Positions 36,341 through 45,720 of a stretch of DNA of 64,000 bases are shown here, one piece after another. Source of the DNA: Candidatus Colenecus caballi (GTDB taxonomy: Bacteria; Bacteroidota; Bacteroidia; Bacteroidales; Bacteroidaceae). Positions within the stretch are counted from its first letter, which is position 1; every line of letters begins with the position of its first letter. The notes under the pieces are model-generated. The model ran no database searches and had not been told where the DNA came from. It saw only the letters and a list, made by a program, of their open reading frames with translations. The position numbers and the translations under genes were made by a program. The stretch is from the NCBI GenBank assembly GCA_018065615.1, contig JAGHSY010000033.1:8210-72209 (forward strand), given 5' to 3'.

Positions 36341-37765
36341 ATGACTGAATTTGAAATGATTGCCAAGACCTTCCAGGGGCTGGAAGAGATTCTTGCAAAG
36401 GAACTTATTGAACTTGGAGCCAATGGAGTGGCCATTGGCAACCGCATGGTATCATTCAAGGGTGACAAAGCCCTGATGTATAAAGCCAATTTCTCCCTGC
36501 GTACCGCAATACGCATTCTCAAACCCTTTCTGCATTTCCACGCTGACAGCGCCGATGAAGTCTATGAAATCTGCAAGACCAAGGTCGAATGGGAAAAGTA
36601 CATGTCCCTGTCTGACAGTTTTGCCGTTGACGCAGTAGTCAACAGTGAGGACTTCAAGCACTCAAAGTTCGTGGCATACCGTGTCAAGGACGCCATTGCG
36701 GACTGGTTCCGTGAAAAATACGGCAAGCGCCCCAACGTTAGCGTGGCAAACCCGGACCTTACCTTCCACATTCACATATCACATGACGACTGCTCACTGT
36801 CATTGGACAGCAGCGGCGAATCACTGCACAAGCGCGGCTACCGTCAGGAAGCCATGGAGGCTCCCCTGAACGAGGTCCTTGCAGCCGGCATGATTCTCAT
36901 GTCAGGCTGGGACGGCAAGTCCGATTTCACCGACCCCATGTGCGGCAGCGGCACCATACCGATTGAAGCCGCCCTTATTGCCCGCAACATGGCACCCGGC
37001 CTGTTCCGCAGCCAGTTCGCCTTTGAGAAGTGGAAGGACTTTGACCGCGACCTGTTCGAATCGATCTACAACGATGACAGCCAGGAGCGCCCGTTCGAAT
37101 TCCACATTCGCGCATACGACAAGGATCCCAAGGCCATTGCGGTTGCAAAGCGCAACGCCAAGGCCGCCGGCCTGCAGGACATGATAGAGTTCGATGTCCG
37201 CGACTTCAAGGACTTTGAACCAATAAAGGAACGCACCGTCATGATTACCAATCCGCCTTACGGTGAGCGCCTGACTGATGACAACCTGCTGGGACTGTAT
37301 GAAATGATAGGCGAACGTCTCAAACACGCTCTTATGGGCGGTGAAGCCTGGATTATAAGTTACCACTACGAATGCTTTGACAAGATAGGACTCAAGCCAA
37401 GCGCAAAAATTCCCCTTTTCAACGGTGCTCTTCCCTGTGAACTGCGCAAGTATGAAATCTTTGAAGGCAAGTTCGGTGAGTTCCGCGGCGGCGGCCGCCG
37501 GCTGAAGAAGGACGATCTGCCCACACGCCGCAGCACCACCCTGCGTTACAAGGCCCGCCTTGAGGAGAAGAAGCAGGAAAGTGAAACCGTAGAGGAAAAG
37601 AAGCCGTTCAGAAAAGACGGTGAACGCAAGCCGTTCAGAAAGGACAGCGAAAAGAAGCCTTATCGCAAGGACGGTGACAGGAAACCGTTCCGTAAGGACG
37701 GACAGAAGCCCGCTCAGAAGCGCACATACAGCAAAACCAAACCAACAAACAGAAACAAAAATTAA
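36341..37765 (+). CDS. THUMP-domain class I SAM-dependent RNA methyltransferase (RlmL/RlmK-like) with basic repeat tail
   Basis: Start chosen at MTEFEMIAKTF. DPMCGSGTIPIEA (SAM motif I), ITNPPYGERL (motif IV), and a C-terminal K/RKPFRKDG x4 tail. Confidence 0.82.
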   Translation: MTEFEMIAKTFQGLEEILAKELIELGANGVAIGNRMVSFKGDKALMYKANFSLRTAIRILKPFLHFHADSADEVYEICKTKVEWEKYMSLSDSFAVDAVVNSEDFKHSKFVAYRVKDAIADWFREKYGKRPNVSVANPDLTFHIHISHDDCSLSLDSSGESLHKRGYRQEAMEAPLNEVLAAGMILMSGWDGKSDFTDPMCGSGTIPIEAALIARNMAPGLFRSQFAFEKWKDFDRDLFESIYNDDSQERPFEFHIRAYDKDPKAIAVAKRNAKAAGLQDMIEFDVRDFKDFEPIKERTVMITNPPYGERLTDDNLLGLYEMIGERLKHALMGGEAWIISYHYECFDKIGLKPSAKIPLFNGALPCELRKYEIFEGKFGEFRGGGRRLKKDDLPTRRSTTLRYKARLEEKKQESETVEEKKPFRKDGERKPFRKDSEKKPYRKDGDRKPFRKDGQKPAQKRTYSKTKPTNRNKN

Positions 37766-37771
37766 CCTGAT

Positions 37772-39043
37772 ATGAAAATCCTCTTACTTGGAAGCGGCGG
37801 CCGTGAACATGCACTGGCCTGGAAGATTGCCCAGAGCCCACTCCTGGACAAGTTGTACATTGCACCCGGCAACGCCGGCACAGCAAACACAGGTGAAAAC
37901 GTTGCCATCAAGGCCGATGACTTTGACGCCATAAAGGCTTTCTGTCTGGACAAGAACATAGACATGGTCGTTGTCGGTCCTGAAGACCCGCTGGTCAAGG
38001 GCATCTACGACTATTTCCAGAACGATGCACAACTCCGGAATATTCCGGTCATCGGACCGTCCAAGGAAGCAGCACAGCTTGAAGGCAGCAAGGATTTTGC
38101 AAAGAAGTTCATGCAGCGCCACGGCATTCCCACCGCAGCATACCGCACATTCACCGGCGAAAACCTTGAAGAGGGACTGAAGTTCCTTGAAACACTTAAG
38201 GCGCCATACGTTCTCAAGGCCGACGGTCTGTGTGCAGGCAAGGGCGTGCTCATTCTGCCCACTCTTGAGGAAGCCCGGAAGGAATTGAAGGAAATGCTGG
38301 GCGGCATGTTCGGAAACGCTTCGTCACGTGTGGTGATTGAGGAGTTCATGAGCGGTATCGAATGTTCAGTATTCGTTCTGACTGACGGAAAGAACTACAA
38401 GATTCTGCCCGAGGCCAAGGACTACAAGCGTGTTGGCGAACATGACACCGGCCTGAACACAGGCGGCATGGGTTCAGTCTCACCAGTTCCTTTTGCCACC
38501 GCTGAATGGATGAAGAAGGTCGAGGACCGCATTATACGTCCCACCGTCCAGGGGCTTGCCCGGGAAGGCCTGGTTTACAAAGGCTTCATATTCTTCGGAC
38601 TTATAAATGTTGATGGCGAACCCAAGGTCATTGAATACAACTGCCGCATGGGCGACCCTGAGACCGAAACCGTCATGCTGCGCCTTAAGAGTGACATTGT
38701 CGAACTGTTCCAGGGAGTTGCAGAAGGCAATCTGGACACGAAAGTTCTGGAAAAGGATCCGCGTTCAGCTGTCTGCGTCATGCTGGTTTCAGGCGGATAC
38801 CCTCAGCACTACGACAAGGGCTTTGTCATAAGCGGCATTGAAAACGTAAAGGACAGCATTGTGTTCCACGCAGGTACCGCCTTCAATGACAAGGGACAGG
38901 TAGTGACTGCCGGCGGACGTGTCATTGCTGTCAGCTCATACGGAAATGACAAGGCTCAGGCTCTTGCACTTTCATTCAAAGGTGCCGGACTCATTGACTT
39001 TGAAAAGAAACATTTCCGCAGTGACATCGGACAGGATTTGTAA
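37772..39043 (+). CDS. purD: phosphoribosylamine--glycine ligase
   Basis: [18 protein letters not shown] and an ATP-grasp body. Confidence 0.96.
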   Translation: MKILLLGSGGREHALAWKIAQSPLLDKLYIAPGNAGTANTGENVAIKADDFDAIKAFCLDKNIDMVVVGPEDPLVKGIYDYFQNDAQLRNIPVIGPSKEAAQLEGSKDFAKKFMQRHGIPTAAYRTFTGENLEEGLKFLETLKAPYVLKADGLCAGKGVLILPTLEEARKELKEMLGGMFGNASSRVVIEEFMSGIECSVFVLTDGKNYKILPEAKDYKRVGEHDTGLNTGGMGSVSPVPFATAEWMKKVEDRIIRPTVQGLAREGLVYKGFIFFGLINVDGEPKVIEYNCRMGDPETETVMLRLKSDIVELFQGVAEGNLDTKVLEKDPRSAVCVMLVSGGYPQHYDKGFVISGIENVKDSIVFHAGTAFNDKGQVVTAGGRVIAVSSYGNDKAQALALSFKGAGLIDFEKKHFRSDIGQDL

Positions 39044-39136
39044 CTTTTTGGCAACATTTGGAAAACTATAACTTAAAGGCGGACTGAAATGACCGTGATA
39101 AGGCCTAACTTTGGAACGCCTGAAAATTGACCAATA

Positions 39137-42100
39137 ATGAATTACAAAAGACTTAACACCATCATCGGCTGGCTGGTGTTCGCCATTGCAGCATTCACAT
39201 ACTGCATGACAATTGAACCTACCGCCAGTTTCTGGGATTGTCCTGAGTTCATAACCACCGGCTACAAGCTGGAAGTCGGTCACCCGCCTGGGGCACCTGT
39301 CTTCATGCTGACAGCCAACCTGTTCTCACAGTTCACATCGGACCCCGGCAAGGTTGCCATGATGGTCAACACCATGTCAGCCCTGCTCAGCGCACTGTGC
39401 ATACTGTTCCTGTTCTGGAGCATAACCATGCTTGTCAAAAAGCTGGTAGCAAAGGACGGTGAGCCCGATGCATGGCAGATGGTTGCCATTTTCGGTTCCG
39501 GCATAGTGGGCGCACTGGCATACACATGGAGCGACACCTTCTGGTTCAGTGCCGTAGAAGGTGAGGTCTATGCATATTCGTCATTCTGCACCGCCGTCAC
39601 ATTCTGGCTCATCCTTAAATGGGAGGAAAGCTGTGATGAACCTCACAGCGCACGCTGGCTGGTACTCATTGCCTACATGATAGGCGTGTCAGTAGGCGTC
39701 CACCTGCTGAACCTGCTCTGCATCACGGCCATTGTGCTTGTCTATTATTTCAAGAAATGCGAAAATCCGACATGGAAGGGCGGCATTCTGGCATTCTGCC
39801 TGTCCGGCGTCATAATCTATGCCGTTCTTTACGGTATTGTACCCGGCATTGTCAAGGTTGGAGGCTGGTTTGAACTGCTGTTCGTAAACGGCATGGGCAT
39901 GCCTTTCAACACAGGTCTGATCATCTACATTATTCTTCTGGTTGCCGTTCTCATCTGGAGTGTTTATGAGACACAGCGCGCAGACCGGAAAGCTCTTATG
40001 TACCTGTCATTCCTGCTTACCATTGCAATGGCCGGTATTCCATTCTACGGCCACAAGACATCCGGCGTGGTGCTTGGCATTCTTTTCCTTATTGCCGCAG
40101 CAGTCTATCTGTTTGCCGCCGGCATTCCTGAAAAGTTCAAGCCGTCTGCAAAGGTGCTCAATACCATAATGCTTTGCGTAATGACAATAACCATCGGCTA
40201 TTCTTCATACGCAGTCATTGTGATCCGTTCAACCGCCAACCCGCCCATGGATCAGGATTCACCTGAAGACATTTTCTCACTTGGAGAGTATCTGGCCCGT
40301 GAACAGTACGGTTCAAGACCTCTGTTCTACGGACAGGCCTACTCATCGGAAATTGCCTTCATTCCAAGGGGCAACTACTGTGAACCTGCAATGGACATCA
40401 AGGGCAAATCATACGGCCGCAAGGAAAAGGCCAATGCCCAGGAAAAGGACAGCTATTATGTCAAGGATGAGAAGCGTGAGTACAAATATGCTCAGAATAT
40501 GCTGTTCCCGCGCATGTACAGCAGCGAAGGCGAACACGTCAGCCAGTACAAGAGCTGGTGTGGAGGAATTAAAGGTCGCACTTACGACTATGACGCATGC
40601 GGACGCAAGACCAAGGTAACCATTCCCACACAGGCCGAAAACCTTAAGTTCTTCTTCCGCTATCAGGTCAACTTCATGTACTGGCGTTACTTCATGTGGA
40701 ACTTTGCCGGGCGTCAGAATGACACCCAGAACCACTATGGTGAGATGGAGAACGGCAACTGGATTACCGGCATCAACTTCATTGACAAAATGCTTGTTGG
40801 CGGTGACAACAACCTGCTTCCCGATGCTTTCAAGGGCAAGGGCCATAACGTGTTCTACTGTCTGCCTCTCATTCTCGGACTCATCGGACTGTTCTGGCAG
40901 TTCGGAAAAGGCAAGGAAGGATTCCACCAGTTCTTTGTTGTGCTGGCACTGTTCTTCATGACAGGTCTTGCCATTGTGGTATATCTGAACCAGACACCGC
41001 TCCAGCCGCGTGAGCGTGACTATGCGTACGCCGGTTCGTTCTACGCATTTGCCATCTGGATTGGCATGGGTGTTGCAGCCCTTGCAGAGCTTCTGGGCAA
41101 GTTTGCAGGAAAGAAGGCGGCTCCGGTCATTGCAGCAGTGCTCTGTCTGCTGGTTCCCATTCAGATGGTCAGCCAGACTTGGGATGACCATGACCGCAGC
41201 GGTCGTTATACATGCCGTGATTTCGGACAGAACTATCTGACCTCACTGCCAAAGCAGGGCAATCCGATCATTTTCACAAACGGTGACAATGACACATTCC
41301 CCTTGTGGTACAACTTTGAAACTGAAGGCTTCCGCACTGACGCACGCTGCTGCAACTTGAGTTATCTTATGACTGACTGGTACATTGACCAGATGAAACG
41401 TCCGGCATACGACTCACCTGCATTGCCTATTTCTTTCGAAAGAATTGACTATGAGACAGGAACCAACGATGTAGTTGACATTGACCCGAGCGGCAAAGCT
41501 ACCCTGCTCAGAAACAACAGTGCCGATGTCGTTGACAAGTCTTTCGAACTCAATTATGTCCTGAACTACTGGATCAAGAAGAATCATGTCATTCCGACTG
41601 ACACCATCTGGTTCAAGATTGACAAGGATGCCGTTCTGCGTTCAGGCATGAAGATTCCGGCAAAGTATCTTGGCGCCACTGATGAGGAGACCAAAGCCAA
41701 GATGCCGGACCGCATGATCATTTCACTCAAGGGCAAGAGACGCCTTATGAAGAATGAAATCATGATGCTTGACCTGATTGCCCACTGCAACTGGGAAAGA
41801 CCGCTGTTCATAGCTACTACCGTTCCATCAAGCAGCTACCTGGGACTGGGCAACTACTTTGTTCTGGAAGGACTTGCATACAGAATCACACCTTTCAACT
41901 GGAAAGAGGCTCAAGGCAATAACAGGAATGCTCTTGGAGGCGGTGCCATTGACTCTGACAGAATGTATGCAAACCTGATGGAATTCAAATTCGGAGGTCT
42001 TGACAACCCTGACCTTTACCTTGATGAGACTGTACGCAGAATGGTCACTTCACACCGCCGTCTGTTCTCTGAACTGGCTACCGAATTATATACACAGGGA

Positions 42101-42463
42101 CAGAAAGACAAGGCTCTCCAGATTATGGAGAAGATTGACTCTGAAATATCGGAATCTGTCATGCCCATGAATGACATCATGAGCCTTGAAGCTGCAAACC
42201 TTTATCTGGCTTTGGGCAAGACAGAAAAGGGAATTTCCATTCTGAGCAACATGACTGAGAACTATTTCCAGCAGATGAGATGGTTCCTGAGCATGAATGA
42301 CAGGAAACTTTCACTGTCACAGGAATCATTCACTGATGCCGCCGGAATGCTGTACCAGTACGTATTCCCTATCATGGAGATGGCCTTGAGTGAAGAATCA
42401 TACAAGGAAATCTATGACACCTGGACTGTACTCTGTCATGAATTCGAAACAAGAGTGAACTGA
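39137..42463 (+). CDS. DUF2723-family large polytopic membrane protein (GT-C / TMEM260-like putative glycosyltransferase)
   Basis: 1108 aa. The FWDCPEFITTGYKLEVGHPPGAPVF N-terminal signature is followed by many TM helices and a soluble C-terminal half. Confidence 0.7.
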   Translation: MNYKRLNTIIGWLVFAIAAFTYCMTIEPTASFWDCPEFITTGYKLEVGHPPGAPVFMLTANLFSQFTSDPGKVAMMVNTMSALLSALCILFLFWSITMLVKKLVAKDGEPDAWQMVAIFGSGIVGALAYTWSDTFWFSAVEGEVYAYSSFCTAVTFWLILKWEESCDEPHSARWLVLIAYMIGVSVGVHLLNLLCITAIVLVYYFKKCENPTWKGGILAFCLSGVIIYAVLYGIVPGIVKVGGWFELLFVNGMGMPFNTGLIIYIILLVAVLIWSVYETQRADRKALMYLSFLLTIAMAGIPFYGHKTSGVVLGILFLIAAAVYLFAAGIPEKFKPSAKVLNTIMLCVMTITIGYSSYAVIVIRSTANPPMDQDSPEDIFSLGEYLAREQYGSRPLFYGQAYSSEIAFIPRGNYCEPAMDIKGKSYGRKEKANAQEKDSYYVKDEKREYKYAQNMLFPRMYSSEGEHVSQYKSWCGGIKGRTYDYDACGRKTKVTIPTQAENLKFFFRYQVNFMYWRYFMWNFAGRQNDTQNHYGEMENGNWITGINFIDKMLVGGDNNLLPDAFKGKGHNVFYCLPLILGLIGLFWQFGKGKEGFHQFFVVLALFFMTGLAIVVYLNQTPLQPRERDYAYAGSFYAFAIWIGMGVAALAELLGKFAGKKAAPVIAAVLCLLVPIQMVSQTWDDHDRSGRYTCRDFGQNYLTSLPKQGNPIIFTNGDNDTFPLWYNFETEGFRTDARCCNLSYLMTDWYIDQMKRPAYDSPALPISFERIDYETGTNDVVDIDPSGKATLLRNNSADVVDKSFELNYVLNYWIKKNHVIPTDTIWFKIDKDAVLRSGMKIPAKYLGATDEETKAKMPDRMIISLKGKRRLMKNEIMMLDLIAHCNWERPLFIATTVPSSSYLGLGNYFVLEGLAYRITPFNWKEAQGNNRNALGGGAIDSDRMYANLMEFKFGGLDNPDLYLDETVRRMVTSHRRLFSELATELYTQGQKDKALQIMEKIDSEISESVMPMNDIMSLEAANLYLALGKTEKGISILSNMTENYFQQMRWFLSMNDRKLSLSQESFTDAAGMLYQYVFPIMEMALSEESYKEIYDTWTVLCHEFETRVN

Positions 42464-42464
42464 C

Positions 42465-43073
42465 ATGTTTCTTGAACAGCCTACATTCATTCTGAAGAAA
42501 ATATATCCGAAGGGTATCTTCCGTGGCAATACGGAAGACCATTCGGTATATCTGACATTCGATGACGGACCTATTCCTGAAGTTACCCCATGGCTGTTGG
42601 ATATTCTTGACGAATATGGAATCAAGGCCACTTTCTTTGTTGTCGGAGACAACGTACGAAAGTATCCTGAGATATACCGCATGATAATTGAAAGAGGTCA
42701 CCATATCGGTAACCATACTTTCAATCATGTCCGCAGCATGCGCATGCGCAACGCTGACTTCATTGACAACGTAAGGAAATGTGACACATATTTTGAAACA
42801 AGGCTGTTCCGTCCGCCTCACGGCATTATGAGACGCTGGAGTTACCGTTTCATGATGGATGACTATGATATTGTCTTCTATGATGTGGTGACACGCGACT
42901 ACAATGCCAAACTGAAAGGGAACAAGGTTCTGAACATTGTCAGAAGATACACCCGCAACGGTTCAATCATTGTTTTTCATGATTCCCTGCGCAGTGAAAA
43001 GAATCTGCGCTACGCTCTTCCAAAGGCTATTGAATGGCTCAAACAGCAGGGATACGGATTCAAGCAGCTGTAA
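42465..43073 (+). CDS. polysaccharide deacetylase (CE4/NodB family)
   Basis: YLTFDDGP and HIGNHTFNH NodB motifs. Confidence 0.85.
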   Translation: MFLEQPTFILKKIYPKGIFRGNTEDHSVYLTFDDGPIPEVTPWLLDILDEYGIKATFFVVGDNVRKYPEIYRMIIERGHHIGNHTFNHVRSMRMRNADFIDNVRKCDTYFETRLFRPPHGIMRRWSYRFMMDDYDIVFYDVVTRDYNAKLKGNKVLNIVRRYTRNGSIIVFHDSLRSEKNLRYALPKAIEWLKQQGYGFKQL

Positions 43074-43849
43074 TGTCAACGGTAATATATCCTTCACCAA
43101 TTTTCGGACCTGTACACAGCCGTCGTCTGGGAGTATCGTTAGGAATCAACCTGATGCCCGCTGACGGAAAGATATGCACCTTTGACTGCATTTACTGCGA
43201 ATGCGGACGCAATGCTGAACGCCGTCCGTCACTTAAACGCCCGTCCAGGAATGAAGTGCGCCGGGCGCTTGAGACCAGACTGCTGGAAATGAAGGAACAT
43301 GGACCGGAACCCAATGTGCTGACTTTTGCAGGCAATGGCGAACCGACAGCGCATCCGGACTTTGCGGACATTGTCACAGACGTTCTGGAGCTTCGTGACC
43401 GGTATTTTCCATCTGCACAGGTCAGCGTACTGAGCAACGGCACGCGCATCTTTGACAATGACGTATTTGACGCACTGCTGAGACTGGACAACAACATCCA
43501 GAAGCTTGACACCGTCAATCCGGAATACATCGGACTTATTGACAGCCCCGTCGGACAATATGATGTTGAGAAGGTCATTGACCGGCTTTGCCAGTTCAAC
43601 GGTAAGGTCATGATCCAGACCATGTTCCTTACAGGCACTCTGGACGGACGGGACATGGACAATACATCGGACTTGTATGTAATGCCTTGGCTTGAAGCCG
43701 TGAAACGGATCAGACCATACAAGGTTTTCATTTACACAGTGGCAAGAGAAACCCCGGTAAGCACTCTTGCCAAAGCTTCACACCAGCAGTTGGACCGCAT
43801 TGCGGATCTGCTCCGGAAAGCCGGACTGGAAACCGTCATATCCTACTGA
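43073..43849 (+). CDS. radical SAM protein
   Basis: Start chosen at MSTVIYPSPIFGPVHSRRLG (TAATG overlap with the upstream stop). CX3CX2C cluster CTFDCIYC. Confidence 0.8.
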   Translation: MSTVIYPSPIFGPVHSRRLGVSLGINLMPADGKICTFDCIYCECGRNAERRPSLKRPSRNEVRRALETRLLEMKEHGPEPNVLTFAGNGEPTAHPDFADIVTDVLELRDRYFPSAQVSVLSNGTRIFDNDVFDALLRLDNNIQKLDTVNPEYIGLIDSPVGQYDVEKVIDRLCQFNGKVMIQTMFLTGTLDGRDMDNTSDLYVMPWLEAVKRIRPYKVFIYTVARETPVSTLAKASHQQLDRIADLLRKAGLETVISY

Positions 43850-43850
43850 C

Positions 43851-45257
43851 ATGAAACTGCTCAAAACCCTTCCATTCCTTCTGATGGCACTGCCCGCATC
43901 GGCCATTGATTCCGATGAGGTCACTGAAGCCATTGACCAGATAATATACGATGACCTGCCGACAGGTACAGACATTGCAATCATGGTCTATGACCTTACT
44001 TCCGACACCACACTCTACGCCTACCGCGAGAAAGTGCTGTGCCGCCCGGCATCGGTCCTGAAAGTCGTGACTTCAGCAACAGCCCTTGCATCACTTGGCC
44101 CGGACTACACCTTTGACACGACACTCAGAACAAAGGCCGATGTCACAGCTGACAGTGTGCTGACCGGTGACCTGTATCTGGTTGGCGGACTTGATCCGGC
44201 ACTTATGGAACAGGACCTGAAGAAGATGATAAGTGATTTGAAAGCGGCCGGTATAAACAGGATAAAGGGTACCCTATATGCAGACATATCAATAATGGAT
44301 TCGGTATATTGGGGGTCCGGTTGGTGTTGGGATGATTCTCCGGCCAGTTTCCAACCATACATTTCACCGCTCATGGTCCATGAAGGCTATGTTGGCATAC
44401 AGGTAACGCCCACAACAAAAGGACAGGCACCTGAAGTCAGCCTTTACCCTTCCAACAGACTTATCAGGGTCATCAATGACGCACGGACACAGGACAACAG
44501 TCTGGGACCGCTTACCATTACACGTGACTGGCTGCACAATGACAACACGATCATTGTTCAAGGAAACTGCAAGAGAAAACAGTCAACAGACTTGAGTGTG
44601 GTCGGAACAGCCGATCTGACTTTTGCCCTTTTCCGCGAGTATCTGGATGATGCCGGAATCAAATATGACAGATTCTCATGGGGAACCTGTCCGGTCATGG
44701 CCAAAACCATAACTAAAGTGTCACATGGCCTTCCAATGGTCATGAAAGAGGCCTTGAAGGAAAGCAACAACCTTTATGCGGAATGCATGTTCCTGCAGAC
44801 CGGACGCCTGCGCCAACCCAACGGAATCACATTCAAGGAGGCTTCAAAATACATTGACAGTTTCGTGTCACGCAAATTCGGCATGTCATCATCGGAATAC
44901 AATATTGTTGACGGCTGCGGACTGTCAATGTATGACTTCGTTTCACCAAAGTTCATGGTTGACATGCTGTCACTCATTTACCGCGATGAGAAACTCTTCC
45001 CGCTGTTCTACCGCAGCCTGCCGATATCAGGTGTTGACGGCACCCTGAAGACCCGGCTCAATGACAAGGCAACACTCAACAAGGTACACGCCAAGACCGG
45101 GTCCGTTACCGGCGCATGCACCCTGGCCGGCTACATAAGAACCGCTGACGGACGGGACCTTGCATTCTGCATAATGAATGAAGGCGCCGTCAAGATGGCC
45201 CCATCAAGAAAAATCCAGGACATGATATGTGAAGTACTGTGTTCACTTGAGGACTGA
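43851..45257 (+). CDS. dacB: D-alanyl-D-alanine carboxypeptidase/endopeptidase (PBP4, peptidase S13)
   Basis: Start chosen at MKLLKTLPFLLMALPASA. SxxK motif in RPASVLKVVT. C-terminal KTGS. Confidence 0.8.
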   Translation: MKLLKTLPFLLMALPASAIDSDEVTEAIDQIIYDDLPTGTDIAIMVYDLTSDTTLYAYREKVLCRPASVLKVVTSATALASLGPDYTFDTTLRTKADVTADSVLTGDLYLVGGLDPALMEQDLKKMISDLKAAGINRIKGTLYADISIMDSVYWGSGWCWDDSPASFQPYISPLMVHEGYVGIQVTPTTKGQAPEVSLYPSNRLIRVINDARTQDNSLGPLTITRDWLHNDNTIIVQGNCKRKQSTDLSVVGTADLTFALFREYLDDAGIKYDRFSWGTCPVMAKTITKVSHGLPMVMKEALKESNNLYAECMFLQTGRLRQPNGITFKEASKYIDSFVSRKFGMSSSEYNIVDGCGLSMYDFVSPKFMVDMLSLIYRDEKLFPLFYRSLPISGVDGTLKTRLNDKATLNKVHAKTGSVTGACTLAGYIRTADGRDLAFCIMNEGAVKMAPSRKIQDMICEVLCSLED

Positions 45258-45287
45258 TTCCATTTTATTTATTTGAAATAATCAATT

Positions 45288-45665
45288 GTGCGAAAAAATT
45301 TGGATAAGTTGTTCAGTGTCGCTAAGTTTGCTGCCATGGATGCACAGACTCAGGAAAAATATCTAGCCCAGATAATGTGGGAATGGGATCAGGAAAGTCA
45401 GATTTATACCGGCTATATGGACGGCATGGAGAAGGGTCTTGCAGATGGTAGGGCAAAAGGACTGAAGGAAGGGCGTGCGGAAGGGCGTGCGGAAGGACGT
45501 GCGGAAGGACGTGCGGAAGGACGTGCGGAAGGACTGATAGAAGGGCGTGCGGAAGGCATGGCCCGAATCATTGATACAGCAAAAGCAATGAAAGCCCACG
45601 GCATATCAGAAGAAATCATAGAACAATGCACAGGATTAAGTCTTGAAGAAATCTATGAATTGTAA
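45288..45665 (+). CDS. Rpn/PD-(D/E)XK-transposase-family C-terminal fragment (probable gene remnant)
   Basis: GTG-initiated ORF. The (EGRA)n tract and GISEEIIEQCTGLSLEEIYEL tail resemble the C-terminus of Bacteroidales Rpn-family proteins. The N-terminal nuclease domain is absent, because only 30 nt separate it from the upstream gene. Confidence 0.5.
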   Translation: MRKNLDKLFSVAKFAAMDAQTQEKYLAQIMWEWDQESQIYTGYMDGMEKGLADGRAKGLKEGRAEGRAEGRAEGRAEGRAEGLIEGRAEGMARIIDTAKAMKAHGISEEIIEQCTGLSLEEIYEL

Positions 45666-45673
45666 CTCTCTCC

Positions 45674-45706
45674 AGTAGCAGCCTTTTTAAAGCTGCTACT
45701 TTTTTT
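45674..45706 (+). terminator. rho-independent terminator
   Basis: 9-bp stem AGTAGCAGC/GCTGCTACT followed by T7. It lies between the ends of convergent genes. Confidence 0.75.
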
Positions 45707-45720
45707 ATACAAAACAGGTT

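Noticed and set aside
36024-36522. Minus-strand ORFs 36024-36248 (74 aa) and 36271-36522 (83 aa)
   Set aside because: The second overlaps the 5' end of the THUMP methyltransferase gene in antisense. The first has no start context or family resemblance. They are kept only as part of the note on the unassigned region.
40409-41191. 260-aa antisense ORF inside the DUF2723 gene
   Set aside because: It lies entirely within, and antisense to, a gene with strong family support. Its composition is typical of shadow ORFs.
45363-45631. Minus-strand ORFs (78 and 72 aa) through the EGRA repeat
   Set aside because: They are repeat-driven open frames (SFRT/PSAR repeats) antisense to the better-supported Rpn-like reading frame.
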